Below are positions 1 to 10,336 of a DNA stretch of 64,000 bases, in pieces; the stretch's first letter is position 1; every line of letters starts with the position of its first letter. Source of the stretch: an uncultured virus (IMG/VR IMGVR_UViG_3300024999_000005) (lineage: Duplodnaviria; Heunggongvirae; Uroviricota; Caudoviricetes); the IMG/VR virus record IMGVR_UViG_3300024999_000005; one strand, 5' to 3'. Under the pieces are notes generated by a model. The model did no database searches, had not been told where the DNA came from, and saw only the letters and a list, made by a program, of their open reading frames with translations. The position numbers and the translations under genes are program-made.

Positions 1-9
1 AAAAACCTT

Positions 10-303
10 TTAGGAGTCTTTTTCTTTTGTTCTACCATTGCCCCACCTCATCCAATCGCTTTTTATAAATCCATGTTTCTCGTAATCCTGTTGGTATTGC
101 TCGGCTAACTTTGGATCTAATTCAAGCATGTCCTCATATTCGGCCTCAACAGCAACCGGACATGAATATGAATGACATTCTCCCTCGTTGTCTTTAATAT
201 TTTCAGGATGAATGCAGCCGTAGCCGTTATTTGCGTCACTGTCACTGTCAAAATAACCGCATATACGTGTTAAATCATCCAAATCAATCAATTCGTCAGT
301 CAT
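10..303 (-). CDS. Hypothetical acidic phage protein
   Basis: 97-aa ORF preceded by an AAGGGTG RBS; co-oriented with the early operon. Confidence 0.6.
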   Translation of the reverse strand: MTDELIDLDDLTRICGYFDSDSDANNGYGCIHPENIKDNEGECHSYSCPVAVEAEYEDMLELDPKLAEQYQQDYEKHGFIKSDWMRWGNGRTKEKDS

Positions 304-558
304 ATCATCACCCTTTCAGGCTTAGTCCACACTAGCTACCCAAGCCTCATATGCCTTAGCCACTAAATCAGGGTCATAACCCGAAAACTTGAGTTTAAGA
401 TGGTCTAGATTAAGGGACATAGGCTTTATCCTTAAGATGGCACTGTTTGTATTGCAATATCTGATTATTGTATCTGTCTGACGGTTTTCTTCCTCCATCC
501 TGCGTCCACCTCCAGACTATCTATTGACCGACTCGGCACCGGTCGGCTATGTATTTTG

Positions 559-852
559 TTACAGTCCAACGAAACTATCAGTTCTGGTGTCCATAAACCA
601 CTCCCGAACTCCTACGGGAAAGCGGTTCTGTCTAGTCCTCGGTCTAGGCTTTTGCTTTACTTTTCTGACTTTCCCTCCGGCAATTTCCGACTCTAGGATG
701 CCGTTGTCGTATCTCCACTTTCTGAGACATTCCTTGCTCCTCGTAAATCCTGCCGCTTGATAGATTTTATAAACTTCCTTAATCGGCAGTTTTAGGCTTG
801 CTATGCGCTTTTCCTCAGCAGAATAGCTATTGTTGTATTTTCTAGCCATCAA
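559..852 (-). CDS. Hypothetical basic phage protein
   Basis: 97-aa ORF in the tightly packed minus-strand operon. Confidence 0.55.
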   Translation of the reverse strand: MMARKYNNSYSAEEKRIASLKLPIKEVYKIYQAAGFTRSKECLRKWRYDNGILESEIAGGKVRKVKQKPRPRTRQNRFPVGVREWFMDTRTDSFVGL

Positions 853-1007
853 ACAGCCAACTTTCTGTTTCTCATTCTTCTAGGCATTTCCGGGTCAATC
901 TTTGTATTAGCCCTTATCCACTGCCTCCGACATGATACACAGAGAAAGTAACCAAAGGACTTGTCCAGGCTAACTTGTTCGGTACCGCCACAGCAATGAC
1001 ATTTCAT
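849..1007 (-). CDS. Small Zn-finger protein (MKCHCCGG...CVSC, 52 aa; below ORF-track cutoff)
   Basis: Hand translation; start and stop overlap the neighbouring genes. Confidence 0.55.
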   Translation of the reverse strand: MKCHCCGGTEQVSLDKSFGYFLCVSCRRQWIRANTKIDPEMPRRMRNRKLAV

Positions 1008-1243
1008 GAGACAGCCCTCCTGACCTTCTCGACCAGTCTGACAACATCGCTGTACTTCCTAATCCCGTAGCGTTCTATCTCCCGATACAAACAGAACAAT
1101 ACTTTTCCTTTTGCTGTTCTGTTTGCCATCTTACGCTGTACTATTTCCTCAATTTGAAGGCTAACTTTGCCCGGCTCAGAAGTCCCTGCCTCATGGATGG
1201 CCTGCACAACCAACTCAATAGGGTTAACTTTGGGTCTAGGCAT
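1004..1243 (-). CDS. Hypothetical protein
   Basis: 79-aa ORF coupled to its neighbours. Confidence 0.55.
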   Translation of the reverse strand: MPRPKVNPIELVVQAIHEAGTSEPGKVSLQIEEIVQRKMANRTAKGKVLFCLYREIERYGIRKYSDVVRLVEKVRRAVS

Positions 1244-1643
1244 CCTTAACCACCCTCCTCTTAGGCCAGCTAAACAGTTTTATGACGGGGTTTGTTTCGA
1301 GTGCGGCAACCCTGTCGATAAGTCTGAGCATATGCCTTGTATTAATCTTGCTCTCTGAGTTAAGCTTTCTCTCAAGGGCAGATAGTTGAGTTTGTATTCT
1401 GAGATTCTCCTGGGCCCGAGACTCACGGTCAAAAGTAGCGATGTCTATATGGTCATTCAAGGTATTTGTCAGTATTCTGTTGGCAGTTGCAAGAGTTCTT
1501 ATCTCAGAAGTTAACCTTTCTATTTCTTCTTGGTGGTAGTCATAGGCACCACTCAGCACGGAAAGTTTAGTTTGTAAATTACTTACGTTTTGCTTTAGCT
1601 CAGCTATTTCCTGGGCTCTCTTTATTGCGCTTTTTCTGCTCAT
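1236..1643 (-). CDS. Coiled-coil hypothetical protein
   Basis: Heptad-rich 135-aa ORF with an AAGGGG RBS. Confidence 0.6.
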   Translation of the reverse strand: MSRKSAIKRAQEIAELKQNVSNLQTKLSVLSGAYDYHQEEIERLTSEIRTLATANRILTNTLNDHIDIATFDRESRAQENLRIQTQLSALERKLNSESKINTRHMLRLIDRVAALETNPVIKLFSWPKRRVVKDA

Positions 1644-1800
1644 ATTTCTCTTTTCCCCTTTCTCTTCTCGCTGCCCTTATGCAGCTTTTGCAACGTTTCT
1701 GGTTGCCGGAAAGTGGTTTATATGGTCTGCCGCAGTCCGGGCAGTTCCTCATTGGATGATTCGGGAATAAGCCGCGTGTACCAGGCATGTCCATCATCAC
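1600..1800 (-). CDS. Small Zn-finger protein
   Basis: CPDC...CKSC motif. Confidence 0.5.
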   Translation of the reverse strand: MMMDMPGTRGLFPNHPMRNCPDCGRPYKPLSGNQKRCKSCIRAARRERGKEKYEQKKRNKESPGNS

Positions 1801-3547
1801 CGCCGGGCTGTACCCATATTTCCTGATTACTTAGTTCCCATTCGTCAAGTTTGCTCAGCAATAGTGTCCTTAATATCTGTTCCCCAATAGCTCTTGCTGT
1901 CGGCGGCGGAACTGCATTGCCAATTCTCTCCCGCCACCTTGCATCACTTTTCCCTGACAGCACTACTGGCGAACCATCTGGCACATAAAGCGGAAATCCT
2001 TGTAGTGCAAGCAGTTCCCACGTTGTCAAGGGTCTATGCCAACTACCGTCTAGAGCTATGATTATCCAAACTCCAGATTCGTTATCTTTTGGTATCCTGG
2101 GATCCGCTACTGCACAATTACCGCTGTGGATGTCAGCACCTGTTACTGTTTTAGCTGGGCCTAACCAATCCTGCACTCCGTAACTGCCTGACCTGCACTT
2201 ACAGTTAAGTCGTGGGTCCGCTATGGTTATTGCCCCGTTATTCGGCCTCATAGCACCTGTAACTGTATTGGCCGATTCATCCCACTTACTGACACGGTAT
2301 ATTGCGTGATGTGTGCTGTCCTTAAAACCGGTTCGCGGATCCGATATAGCTGGTGCGCCACTCCCAAACCTTGTCCCTGTCACGCATGGTCCCGGTTCTG
2401 TCCAATTAACTACTTGGTATACTGCAGGGTGCCTAGTGCCTCTTTCGTTAAGCCTTGGGTCTGCTATGCAAGCTGCGCCATTCGAGACGTTTACCCTTGC
2501 ACTACCAGTTACGGTTGTACTTGGTTCTTCCCAATCCTGCACCGCGAAAACGCCACCACGCGGATTATGTCCAAGTCTTGGGTCTGCAATATTGGCAGCA
2601 TTTGAACCGTTTACTTTGGCGTTTCCTGTTACGGTCTTAGAAGGTTTATCCCAATCTTGTACACCGAACGAACCGCCACCCCTTGGGAGATATTCAAGCA
2701 TGTATTCCTCAGGGGCTATCTTTTCGAGGTCCCTCCAATCTCCGCCGGCCGGTATAAGTGCTAACCTTACCCACGTTTTCCACTGCAGTTTTGGTAGTCT
2801 GTGCATAGGCCCACCAGCTGGGCTATCCGGCATGGGCAGTGGTCCTAAGATTTCACCGATCGACCTAACCTGCAGTTTTGGCGGCTGATAAACGAAGTTT
2901 TGTACCTTGGCCGGGTTCCGGGCTATGAGGAGGTACCGCTTTCTGTGTTGCCCTAGGCCTCCAAGTTCCCCGCAGTCGTGATAGCCTTCGTGAAATACAT
3001 ATCCGGTACCACCCAACAGACTTTTCATTTCCTGTAGCAGTTCCTTGCCTCTGGTCGTTATCCTTGGCACATTCTCAAGGAGAATTATTCCCGGCAAGTC
3101 ATCGGCAAAAGCTTCAAGAGTTAACCGCAAACCACGAACTGTAAGTCTGTTTAACGCCTGGTATTTCTCACTTGCCGCTGATTTACTGGGCAGTAATCCA
3201 GAAAATCCTTTGCATGGTGGTGAAGTGATAACTGCGTCAGGTGCTATGCCTCCTGCTGCTTGCCTTATATCTGCAGGTGTCACCTCTCGCCAACCTTCAG
3301 GTGGTTCTTGACCATGAAAGGCAATATAGTCATCCCGGCCAAACAAGTCCATTTGCACTGCCGGGGCTCCGGTAAACATCTCAAAATCTTTGCAGGCGTC
3401 CGGGTCGCAGTCGATCCCGGCAAGCGTGATGAAGTTGGCCTGCACTCCACGGTATTCTGTTGTTGCCTCTTGTGCTCCGAGTGCGAACCCGCCCGAACCG
3501 CAGAACAAATATACGGCTGAATATGTGTGCTCTATATCATTCACCAC
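1718..3547 (-). CDS. DNA (cytosine-5)-methyltransferase with five tandem repeats in the variable region
   Basis: Motif I LFCGSGG, catalytic SPPCKGFS, ENVP, QHRKR, terminal IGNAVPP. Confidence 0.92.
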   Translation of the reverse strand: MVNDIEHTYSAVYLFCGSGGFALGAQEATTEYRGVQANFITLAGIDCDPDACKDFEMFTGAPAVQMDLFGRDDYIAFHGQEPPEGWREVTPADIRQAAGGIAPDAVITSPPCKGFSGLLPSKSAASEKYQALNRLTVRGLRLTLEAFADDLPGIILLENVPRITTRGKELLQEMKSLLGGTGYVFHEGYHDCGELGGLGQHRKRYLLIARNPAKVQNFVYQPPKLQVRSIGEILGPLPMPDSPAGGPMHRLPKLQWKTWVRLALIPAGGDWRDLEKIAPEEYMLEYLPRGGGSFGVQDWDKPSKTVTGNAKVNGSNAANIADPRLGHNPRGGVFAVQDWEEPSTTVTGSARVNVSNGAACIADPRLNERGTRHPAVYQVVNWTEPGPCVTGTRFGSGAPAISDPRTGFKDSTHHAIYRVSKWDESANTVTGAMRPNNGAITIADPRLNCKCRSGSYGVQDWLGPAKTVTGADIHSGNCAVADPRIPKDNESGVWIIIALDGSWHRPLTTWELLALQGFPLYVPDGSPVVLSGKSDARWRERIGNAVPPPTARAIGEQILRTLLLSKLDEWELSNQEIWVQPGGDDGHAWYTRLIPESSNEELPGLRQTI

Positions 3548-4388
3548 CTAACCAAACAATGTTTGCCTCTGGCTCTTTGCGGCCACAGGATTTAGCCATA
3601 GCACTTCCTCACGTTCCCGACCGCCTTCTGACCTGGCTTTTGCTGATTTACGCTCCCAGTGCTGCAACTTGGAATCATACAGCTTGCAGGCATACCCGGA
3701 TAACAAAACCGGTCCAGAATGTCGGTCTAAAGCCTCAAGCAACTCCTCATGATCTGCGTCGGTCATCTCGTTGGCATACATGCGCTTTGACCTGGTACTC
3801 AGCGGATATGGCGGATCCGCATAGATTAATACTTCTGAAAATCGGTATCTCTCGATTAGTTTTATGGCCGGTTGACATTCTATCTGTGCTAATTTTAGGC
3901 GTTGGGCTGCTTTCACTATCCTTTCCGGCAACTTTAACCACTCTCGCGCACAGTTAGATCCGTTACGGCCCTGTATATCGTGTCGCCATCCTGTTCTGTC
4001 GGACGTTTTACTACCAAAGCCCTGCCACATACGCACTAAAAACCTTCTAGCATCTTCCAGTGAATCACCAGTTTTCAAGAAATATTCATCATGCCGGGCA
4101 CTTGTCAGGAGTTCGGTGTATTCCTGTCTGCTCCAGGGTGTGAATTCAATCAAATCGGCCAACTCACTTGGCTTATCTCTTAACACCTTGAAAAAGTTAA
4201 CTATGTTGCCGTCAATATCGTTTATCGTTTCAACCTTCGATGGAACCTTCAAGAAAAATACTGCTCCACTCCCGAAAAAAGGTTCTAAATAAGTCGTATG
4301 GGGGGAGATGACTTATTATCCAGCTGGCCAAACGCCACTTTGCGCCTGGGTATTTTAATGTTGGTCCTATATCCTCGCCCCTCTTCAC
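3548..4388 (-). pseudogene. Dam/D12-class DNA adenine methyltransferase, frameshifted at a G6 tract (4300-4305)
   Basis: N-terminal LKYPGAKWRLASWII is in one frame; HTTYLEPFFGSGAVFF...NDID...YADPPY is in another. Confidence 0.85.
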
Positions 4389-4618
4389 GCCGTCCCTCGC
4401 ATAGGCAGCGCCCTATCGTCAAAAGCTTCCTGCACCATATCGCCTGTAACGGAGAAGCTCCGGCCTATCGTAAAACCCTGCATTTCCCCGATTTTACCGC
4501 AGTTACAGCAAGTAACTATAGCCCGTCCTGGTGTTTTCCAGGAGTTCACATCAACCCTGTGACTACCACAGCCTGTGCAGAATAAAATCCCTGCCGTGCA
4601 TAATTTTTTACCCGGCAC
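4385..4618 (-). CDS. Zn-ribbon protein
   Basis: CTGC...CCNC motifs. Confidence 0.6.
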   Translation of the reverse strand: MPGKKLCTAGILFCTGCGSHRVDVNSWKTPGRAIVTCCNCGKIGEMQGFTIGRSFSVTGDMVQEAFDDRALPMRGTA

Positions 4619-5933
4619 TACTCTCCACCTCTCTTATACTTAGGCCTACAAACGCAGTGCATTCCTTCAAAAACGCCACTTCAACGATACCGGTCGGACC
4701 TTCGCGCTGCTTAGCTATAACAAGTTCAGCAATGCCTTTTTTCTCAGTGTCCGGCGTGTAATATTCCTCGCGGTGAACGAACATTACTACGTCGGCATCC
4801 TGCTCGATATTGCCACTCTCCCTCAGGTCTGTTAGTTGTGGCTTTTTGTTGGCTCTACCACTGACTTGTCGGTTCAACTGACACAGCAGCACCACCGGAA
4901 CGTCAAGTTCTTTGGCTAGACCTTTCAGCGCCTTGGTCATGAAACCAATCTCAAGGCTTCTGTTTTCGGCTTTTTTGTGTGGGTTTATTAAGCCAAGATA
5001 ATCAATCACCACCAGGTCAAGACCTGTTTTCTGCTTCATCCTCCGGCATCGAGAGCGAATATCCATAACTGTTACATTGCTGTTGTCATCGATGTGTAGG
5101 CTTGATTTGTATAGCTCTCCCGCATAATGATTAGCCATACTCCAATCGCGTTCAGACAGACTACCAATCCTCATCCGCTGGCCATCAATTTTTGCCTGCT
5201 GCATAATCATCTTGTCAAGGATCCGCTCTTTTTTGCTCTCAAGGCTAAAAATTGCAACGTGCCCGCCTTTCAGAGCAACCCCACAGGCTAACTGTACGCC
5301 ACAACTGGTCTTACCCATTGATGGGCGACCGGCAATAATAATCAAGTCTGAGCGCTGTAGGCCATTGGTCATATAATTTAAGTCGTCCCAGGGAGTTTTA
5401 ATTCCTGTTATTCCAGGCTTTCTGTTCTCCATGTCCTGCAGGTGTGCCATGATCAAGCTTTTAACCGGTACCAAACCGCCACTGTGCTGCTTGCTGTTTA
5501 ACTCTAAAATGTCAGCTTCAGCCTGGCTTATAAAGTCCTCGATGTTGTCAAAGTTACGGTCATACGCCTTGCTAATAATACTGCTTGACTTGCTGATTAA
5601 CTGCCTAAGTACGCTGCATTCGCGTACTATTTTTGCGTGTTGCGTTACGGTAGCAGTGGTTGCTACCTGACCGACCATTTCAGCCAAATACACAACGGTG
5701 ACAAAATCTATCTTGTTGTCTTTTCTTAGATTCTCCGAAACAGCTAAGAGGTCAGGAGTAACACCGGCAGCCTCCAAGTCCACTATGGCCTGATAAGCCA
5801 GGACATTTCTTTCCTCGTAGAAGTCGCTGGCAGTCAAGATTTCAGTCACATCAGGGATAACCATTTTGTTTTTAATCATGGCCCCAATGACTGCCTGTTC
5901 AGCTTGCTGGTTATACGGTGGCGGTTGCGTCAC
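4608..5933 (-). CDS. dnaB: Replicative DNA helicase, DnaB family
   Basis: AEQAVIG N-terminus, GRPSMGKT Walker A, IDYL, QLNR, LRESGNIEQDAD, KQREGP. Confidence 0.97.
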   Translation of the reverse strand: MTQPPPYNQQAEQAVIGAMIKNKMVIPDVTEILTASDFYEERNVLAYQAIVDLEAAGVTPDLLAVSENLRKDNKIDFVTVVYLAEMVGQVATTATVTQHAKIVRECSVLRQLISKSSSIISKAYDRNFDNIEDFISQAEADILELNSKQHSGGLVPVKSLIMAHLQDMENRKPGITGIKTPWDDLNYMTNGLQRSDLIIIAGRPSMGKTSCGVQLACGVALKGGHVAIFSLESKKERILDKMIMQQAKIDGQRMRIGSLSERDWSMANHYAGELYKSSLHIDDNSNVTVMDIRSRCRRMKQKTGLDLVVIDYLGLINPHKKAENRSLEIGFMTKALKGLAKELDVPVVLLCQLNRQVSGRANKKPQLTDLRESGNIEQDADVVMFVHREEYYTPDTEKKGIAELVIAKQREGPTGIVEVAFLKECTAFVGLSIREVESSAG

Positions 5934-6216
5934 TATTCTTCACCGTCTTTCAAGACCATGAATTCCCGGTATGTGTCTGTTTTTTTATAGTCGTCATACA
6001 TGGGTCTGTTCTCGGCCACAGACTCACGAATATCAGCGACCGTTGGAATAAAGCGACTGGTCTTAATATGCTCTTTGACAGCCTTTTGAGCTGCCTCATA
6101 ATCAATATCGCTAAGAAGTTCATGCCATAAATCTATTTTTTCACTGGTCAGTTCTGGCAGATTCGGATAAACCAGAATTATAAGTGCAAATACTTTCTTG
6201 ATATCTTCCCTGGTCA

Positions 6217-6217
<1 letters not shown>
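5933..6217 (-). CDS. Helicase loader/inhibitor, SPP1 G39P-like
   Basis: MTREDIKKVF..I..VYP...W...L.D.DY....AV..HI.TSRF.PTVADI pattern; lies between initiator and helicase. Confidence 0.8.
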
Positions 6218-7068
<851 letters not shown>

Positions 7069-7191
7069 CCGTAAGCTCCCCCTGATTTAATGATTACTTA
7101 TAAAGTTCTTATGTTTTTCTTATTTTTAAAAATCCCCGGAACCGGCACATCGCCGGCCCAGGATATAGATAGGAGGTCTAAGGCGTATGCC

Positions 7192-7335
7192 TTATGCTGA
7201 AAGTCTCTGATACTCGTTAATAAGCTCGTCCAACTTCTCAGAAGTCTTTAAAAGCTTCTCTGTCGGACAGTTATATAACTTATTCCGTAGTCGCTCAATC
7301 CTAAGTCTTAGCCTAGCTTTTCGTATCTCGTCCAA
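7192..7335 (-). CDS. Spo0E-like aspartyl-phosphate phosphatase (47 aa; below ORF-track cutoff)
   Basis: MDEIRKARLRLRIERLRNKLYNCPTEKLLKTSEKLDELINEYQRLSA; SEKLD resembles the SQELD signature; GGGGGAG RBS with TTG start. Confidence 0.7.
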   Translation of the reverse strand: MDEIRKARLRLRIERLRNKLYNCPTEKLLKTSEKLDELINEYQRLSA

Positions 7336-7721
7336 GCATTGCTCCCCCAATCTAAACTGTCACCCCAAGCACTCCAACCATTTCTAATACGACGGGCAAA
7401 CAATTCTAAATATGGCCCACCTGGTACCATTCGTTCAGCCTTTACCCAGGGTATTGCCGTAGAATACTTAAATCCCCAAGCTTTCATGACCGGCCAAGGG
7501 TGGGTCTCTTTTATCGGGTGGGTACTCCACAGCAGCAGGATCGCGTCCTGTGCTGTGATAAACTTTACCCACTCACCTAAAGCGCATATTTCTTGAAGGC
7601 TCATAGTGTCGTAGTGCTTGACACTCTTGCGCTGTTTGCCCTCATACTGAGGACTGAGGCGCGTTCCCTGGTCGTTGTAGCGCCAAGGAGGATCCGCGAG
7701 AATTAACTGATACTTCTGCAT
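7308..7721 (-). pseudogene. MT-A70-family N6-adenine methyltransferase with an apparent in-frame internal deletion
   Basis: ADPPW, HYDTMS, AWGFKY..IPWVK joined almost directly to YLELFAR; the usual intervening segment with the HSxKP motif is missing. Confidence 0.7.
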
Positions 7722-7723
7722 CC

Positions 7724-8491
7724 TTAATCCTCGTCTTGAGTAGTTTTTATGGAATCGATAATGCTTTTAATCTCGGCAAGGTTATAAATAATAATCTCAA
7801 CGTCCCGCAACATAAAATCATCCTCTTTAACAAGACAATAATTTTTCCATCTGATTATTTTTATGCTTGGGAAAGTTGTCTTTAAAAGTTCTGTTATTTT
7901 ACTTCTGTTTATCTGGGTATCAAGCAAAACATATTCATGCTCACCTTCAGGCTTAATAAACTCATAACCATCCTCAATCATCTGCTGCAATTTATCTTTT
8001 CGTTCTTTCTTCTCTGTAACTGGCTTTCTTGAATAAATACTGCTACTGTTAAGGCCCAAACCAAACCTTCCTTTGTAGCCGAATGAACCAAAATTATCAT
8101 TAGTTACTAAACTAAATCCCTGCCTATTCCACCACCGATACAGTCCATCATGCATAGCATAGAGCAACTCTTTAACTCCAGATACCGGGCTGTTATTGGC
8201 CAATTGTTGCTCTAATTCGCGTATTCTCACATTGGCTTGCCTTATACCTCCAAACATATCATCAATCCTGTTAGCGGCCTGCGAATCATATTCGAGTATC
8301 TTAGAAAATTCCGCTGTATGGCTTTCGATGATACTTATGAGGGTATTTTTCACTTCAACTGACAACTCATCTTTTGCAAGCCATTCGTGAAGTTGTTTCG
8401 ATGCAAAGAACATATCTTTAATAGACTTAAGGCAAACAGCCTTATCGTCCTCATTCAGCACAACCATTTTTTCTTGTATAATTTCAGTCAT
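7724..8491 (-). CDS. Hypothetical phage protein
   Basis: 255-aa ORF coupled to its neighbours. Confidence 0.7.
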   Translation of the reverse strand: MTEIIQEKMVVLNEDDKAVCLKSIKDMFFASKQLHEWLAKDELSVEVKNTLISIIESHTAEFSKILEYDSQAANRIDDMFGGIRQANVRIRELEQQLANNSPVSGVKELLYAMHDGLYRWWNRQGFSLVTNDNFGSFGYKGRFGLGLNSSSIYSRKPVTEKKERKDKLQQMIEDGYEFIKPEGEHEYVLLDTQINRSKITELLKTTFPSIKIIRWKNYCLVKEDDFMLRDVEIIIYNLAEIKSIIDSIKTTQDED

Positions 8492-9258
8492 TATTTCACC
8501 TCCGGATCTAGCATCGGCATTATCATAGCGGTTGTCTTGGCACCCCTAAAAACTATAGGAGTAATCCCGCCCTTGGTGCATATCTCAAATACCTCATCCT
8601 GCATAGCCATTAAAGCAGTATCGAGGTATTCCTTATTGACTAAAATACAAGCCTTAGCAGTGCTTAAATTAACCGCATAGTCTAGTTTCTCAGAAGGATA
8701 TGCCTGAACCAATATACTAAACATCTCAACTGTGCATCCTCTAACTATTACCTTTGTTTCGGCTGTTACTTCCAGAAGTCTTTTAATGTCTATCGCCCGG
8801 ATATTAGTGTCAATGTGTTCCTCAAAATTATCCCTGGCATCCCACTTAATTTTTGTATTTTTAAGGTTGTCCGGGATATAGTCAGACTTTATGAATACCG
8901 CCATCTTTCCGCTATCACAGGCTATTAACTCCGTCTCGGTGATGTTGATGTAATAATATTGAGACGGTAAGTCACCTTCCTTGGCCGCAAAATACGACGC
9001 CCTGATAAAGTCATTTACAAACGTATTATTTGTAAATTTATTAATATTTTCAACCTTAGACTGCAGCAGTTTTTTCTTTATATCGCTAATCCTTAATTCT
9101 ACTGTGTCCATTTTTCTATTAATACCGTCTTTCTCGTATTCAAGGTCATCTATTTGTTCTTGTAGTGCATCGTATTGACTGGATAAATTGTTGCGTGCCT
9201 TGGTTAATTCTATGAGTTTTTCATCTAACTCCAGGTTATTATTTATCAAACAAAACAC
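8491..9258 (-). CDS. Coiled-coil protein with a beta-clamp-like C-terminal region
   Basis: LIACDSGKMA...VNKEYLDTAL...TPIVF...MIMPM resembles DnaN domains II-III. Confidence 0.45.
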   Translation of the reverse strand: MFCLINNNLELDEKLIELTKARNNLSSQYDALQEQIDDLEYEKDGINRKMDTVELRISDIKKKLLQSKVENINKFTNNTFVNDFIRASYFAAKEGDLPSQYYYINITETELIACDSGKMAVFIKSDYIPDNLKNTKIKWDARDNFEEHIDTNIRAIDIKRLLEVTAETKVIVRGCTVEMFSILVQAYPSEKLDYAVNLSTAKACILVNKEYLDTALMAMQDEVFEICTKGGITPIVFRGAKTTAMIMPMLDPEVK

Positions 9259-9396
9259 CTCACGATCTGTCCGAACATATATAAAAAAGTCAGTGCAACA
9301 ATCCCATACCCAACGGCCTTAGAGGGCAGTTTGTCCTCACCCTCCAACCACTCCTGCACCACAGTAACCATTCGTTCAACCTCAACAACTAACTTC

Positions 9397-9942
9397 CTAG
9401 TTAGGGAAACTTTCCCGAAACTCCTTAGCCGCAAGAGACAGTGCACTATCATCCTCCTCCTCCCGCTCCGTTTCATCATCCTCTAACCCATGATCCAGTA
9501 GTGAGGGTAGTTGATGTTGTTCTATCGCCCGCGCAATTCTCTGCACATCTTCCGACCATAAGCCATGCCTTTTTATAACCCCCACAAAATCTTCGATGCT
9601 ATGTGAAACTTCATACCACACCGGGTTGCCGTCATCGTCATCGTCCGCCTTTCGGCCACAATGACTTAATTCATGGTCTACGAGTGCAACTTATTGGTGA
9701 TATTCGATCGCCTTCCACACCTTAGTATTTATCACTATACAAAAGTCATTTCCGGTCAGGTGCCTTTCTCGCGCAGTCACCTTAATAGCACGTCCCCAAG
9801 TGGTTCTGTCTTTGCTACTCCATGGACCATCCCTGAAAAGGTATCTGATATTAGCCTCCACCAGGTGTTTATGATGTGTAGCTATGCACTTTCGCGCAAT
9901 ATGTTCTACCTCGTAAGCGTTTTGAAACTCTATATGTGCCAC
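9397..9942 (-). pseudogene. Putative phage metallopeptidase interrupted by an in-frame TAA at 9691-9693
   Basis: Reading through gives HQ*VALVDHELSHC...HSIEDFVGVIKRHGLW; both track ORFs share the frame. Confidence 0.85.
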
Positions 9943-10149
9943 CTAAATCACCTTCTTGCGGTTTTTGGGTGGTCTAATACTTCTTCCGTCAGCACACAAA
10001 CCAACACCTCTCCGCCTGACGTTACGACCGCTTACACAAGACCGTTCTCCGTAATACCCAAAAGCACAGTCTATGCAATCAGTTTGCTGTTTAGTCTCGG
10101 TTAGTTTTTGAGTTCCAACCGGTCTTTTTGTATTATTCCGAGCCATCAA
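9943..10149 (-). CDS. Small Cys-containing basic protein
   Basis: 68-aa ORF with CIDC and a GAGGGAG RBS. Confidence 0.5.
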   Translation of the reverse strand: MMARNNTKRPVGTQKLTETKQQTDCIDCAFGYYGERSCVSGRNVRRRGVGLCADGRSIRPPKNRKKVI

Positions 10150-10336
10150 ATCACTCCCTCAAATAAACTTTACTGTCCCTCGTCGTGTATTCATGTAGTT
10201 TTATGCGTATACACAGTAAAACGCTTTTCGCATTTATTACACTCTATTGTTAATAGTCGCCTGTCTTTCTTAATAACAAAAAGCACATATTGTTCAGTTA
10301 AACAGTGAGGGCACTTCAATTTTTATCCCCCCAGAG

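Noticed and set aside
9691..9693. Stop-codon reassignment
   Set aside because: Only one in-frame TAA; TAA, TAG and TGA all end genes normally, and the tRNA is a standard Pro tRNA
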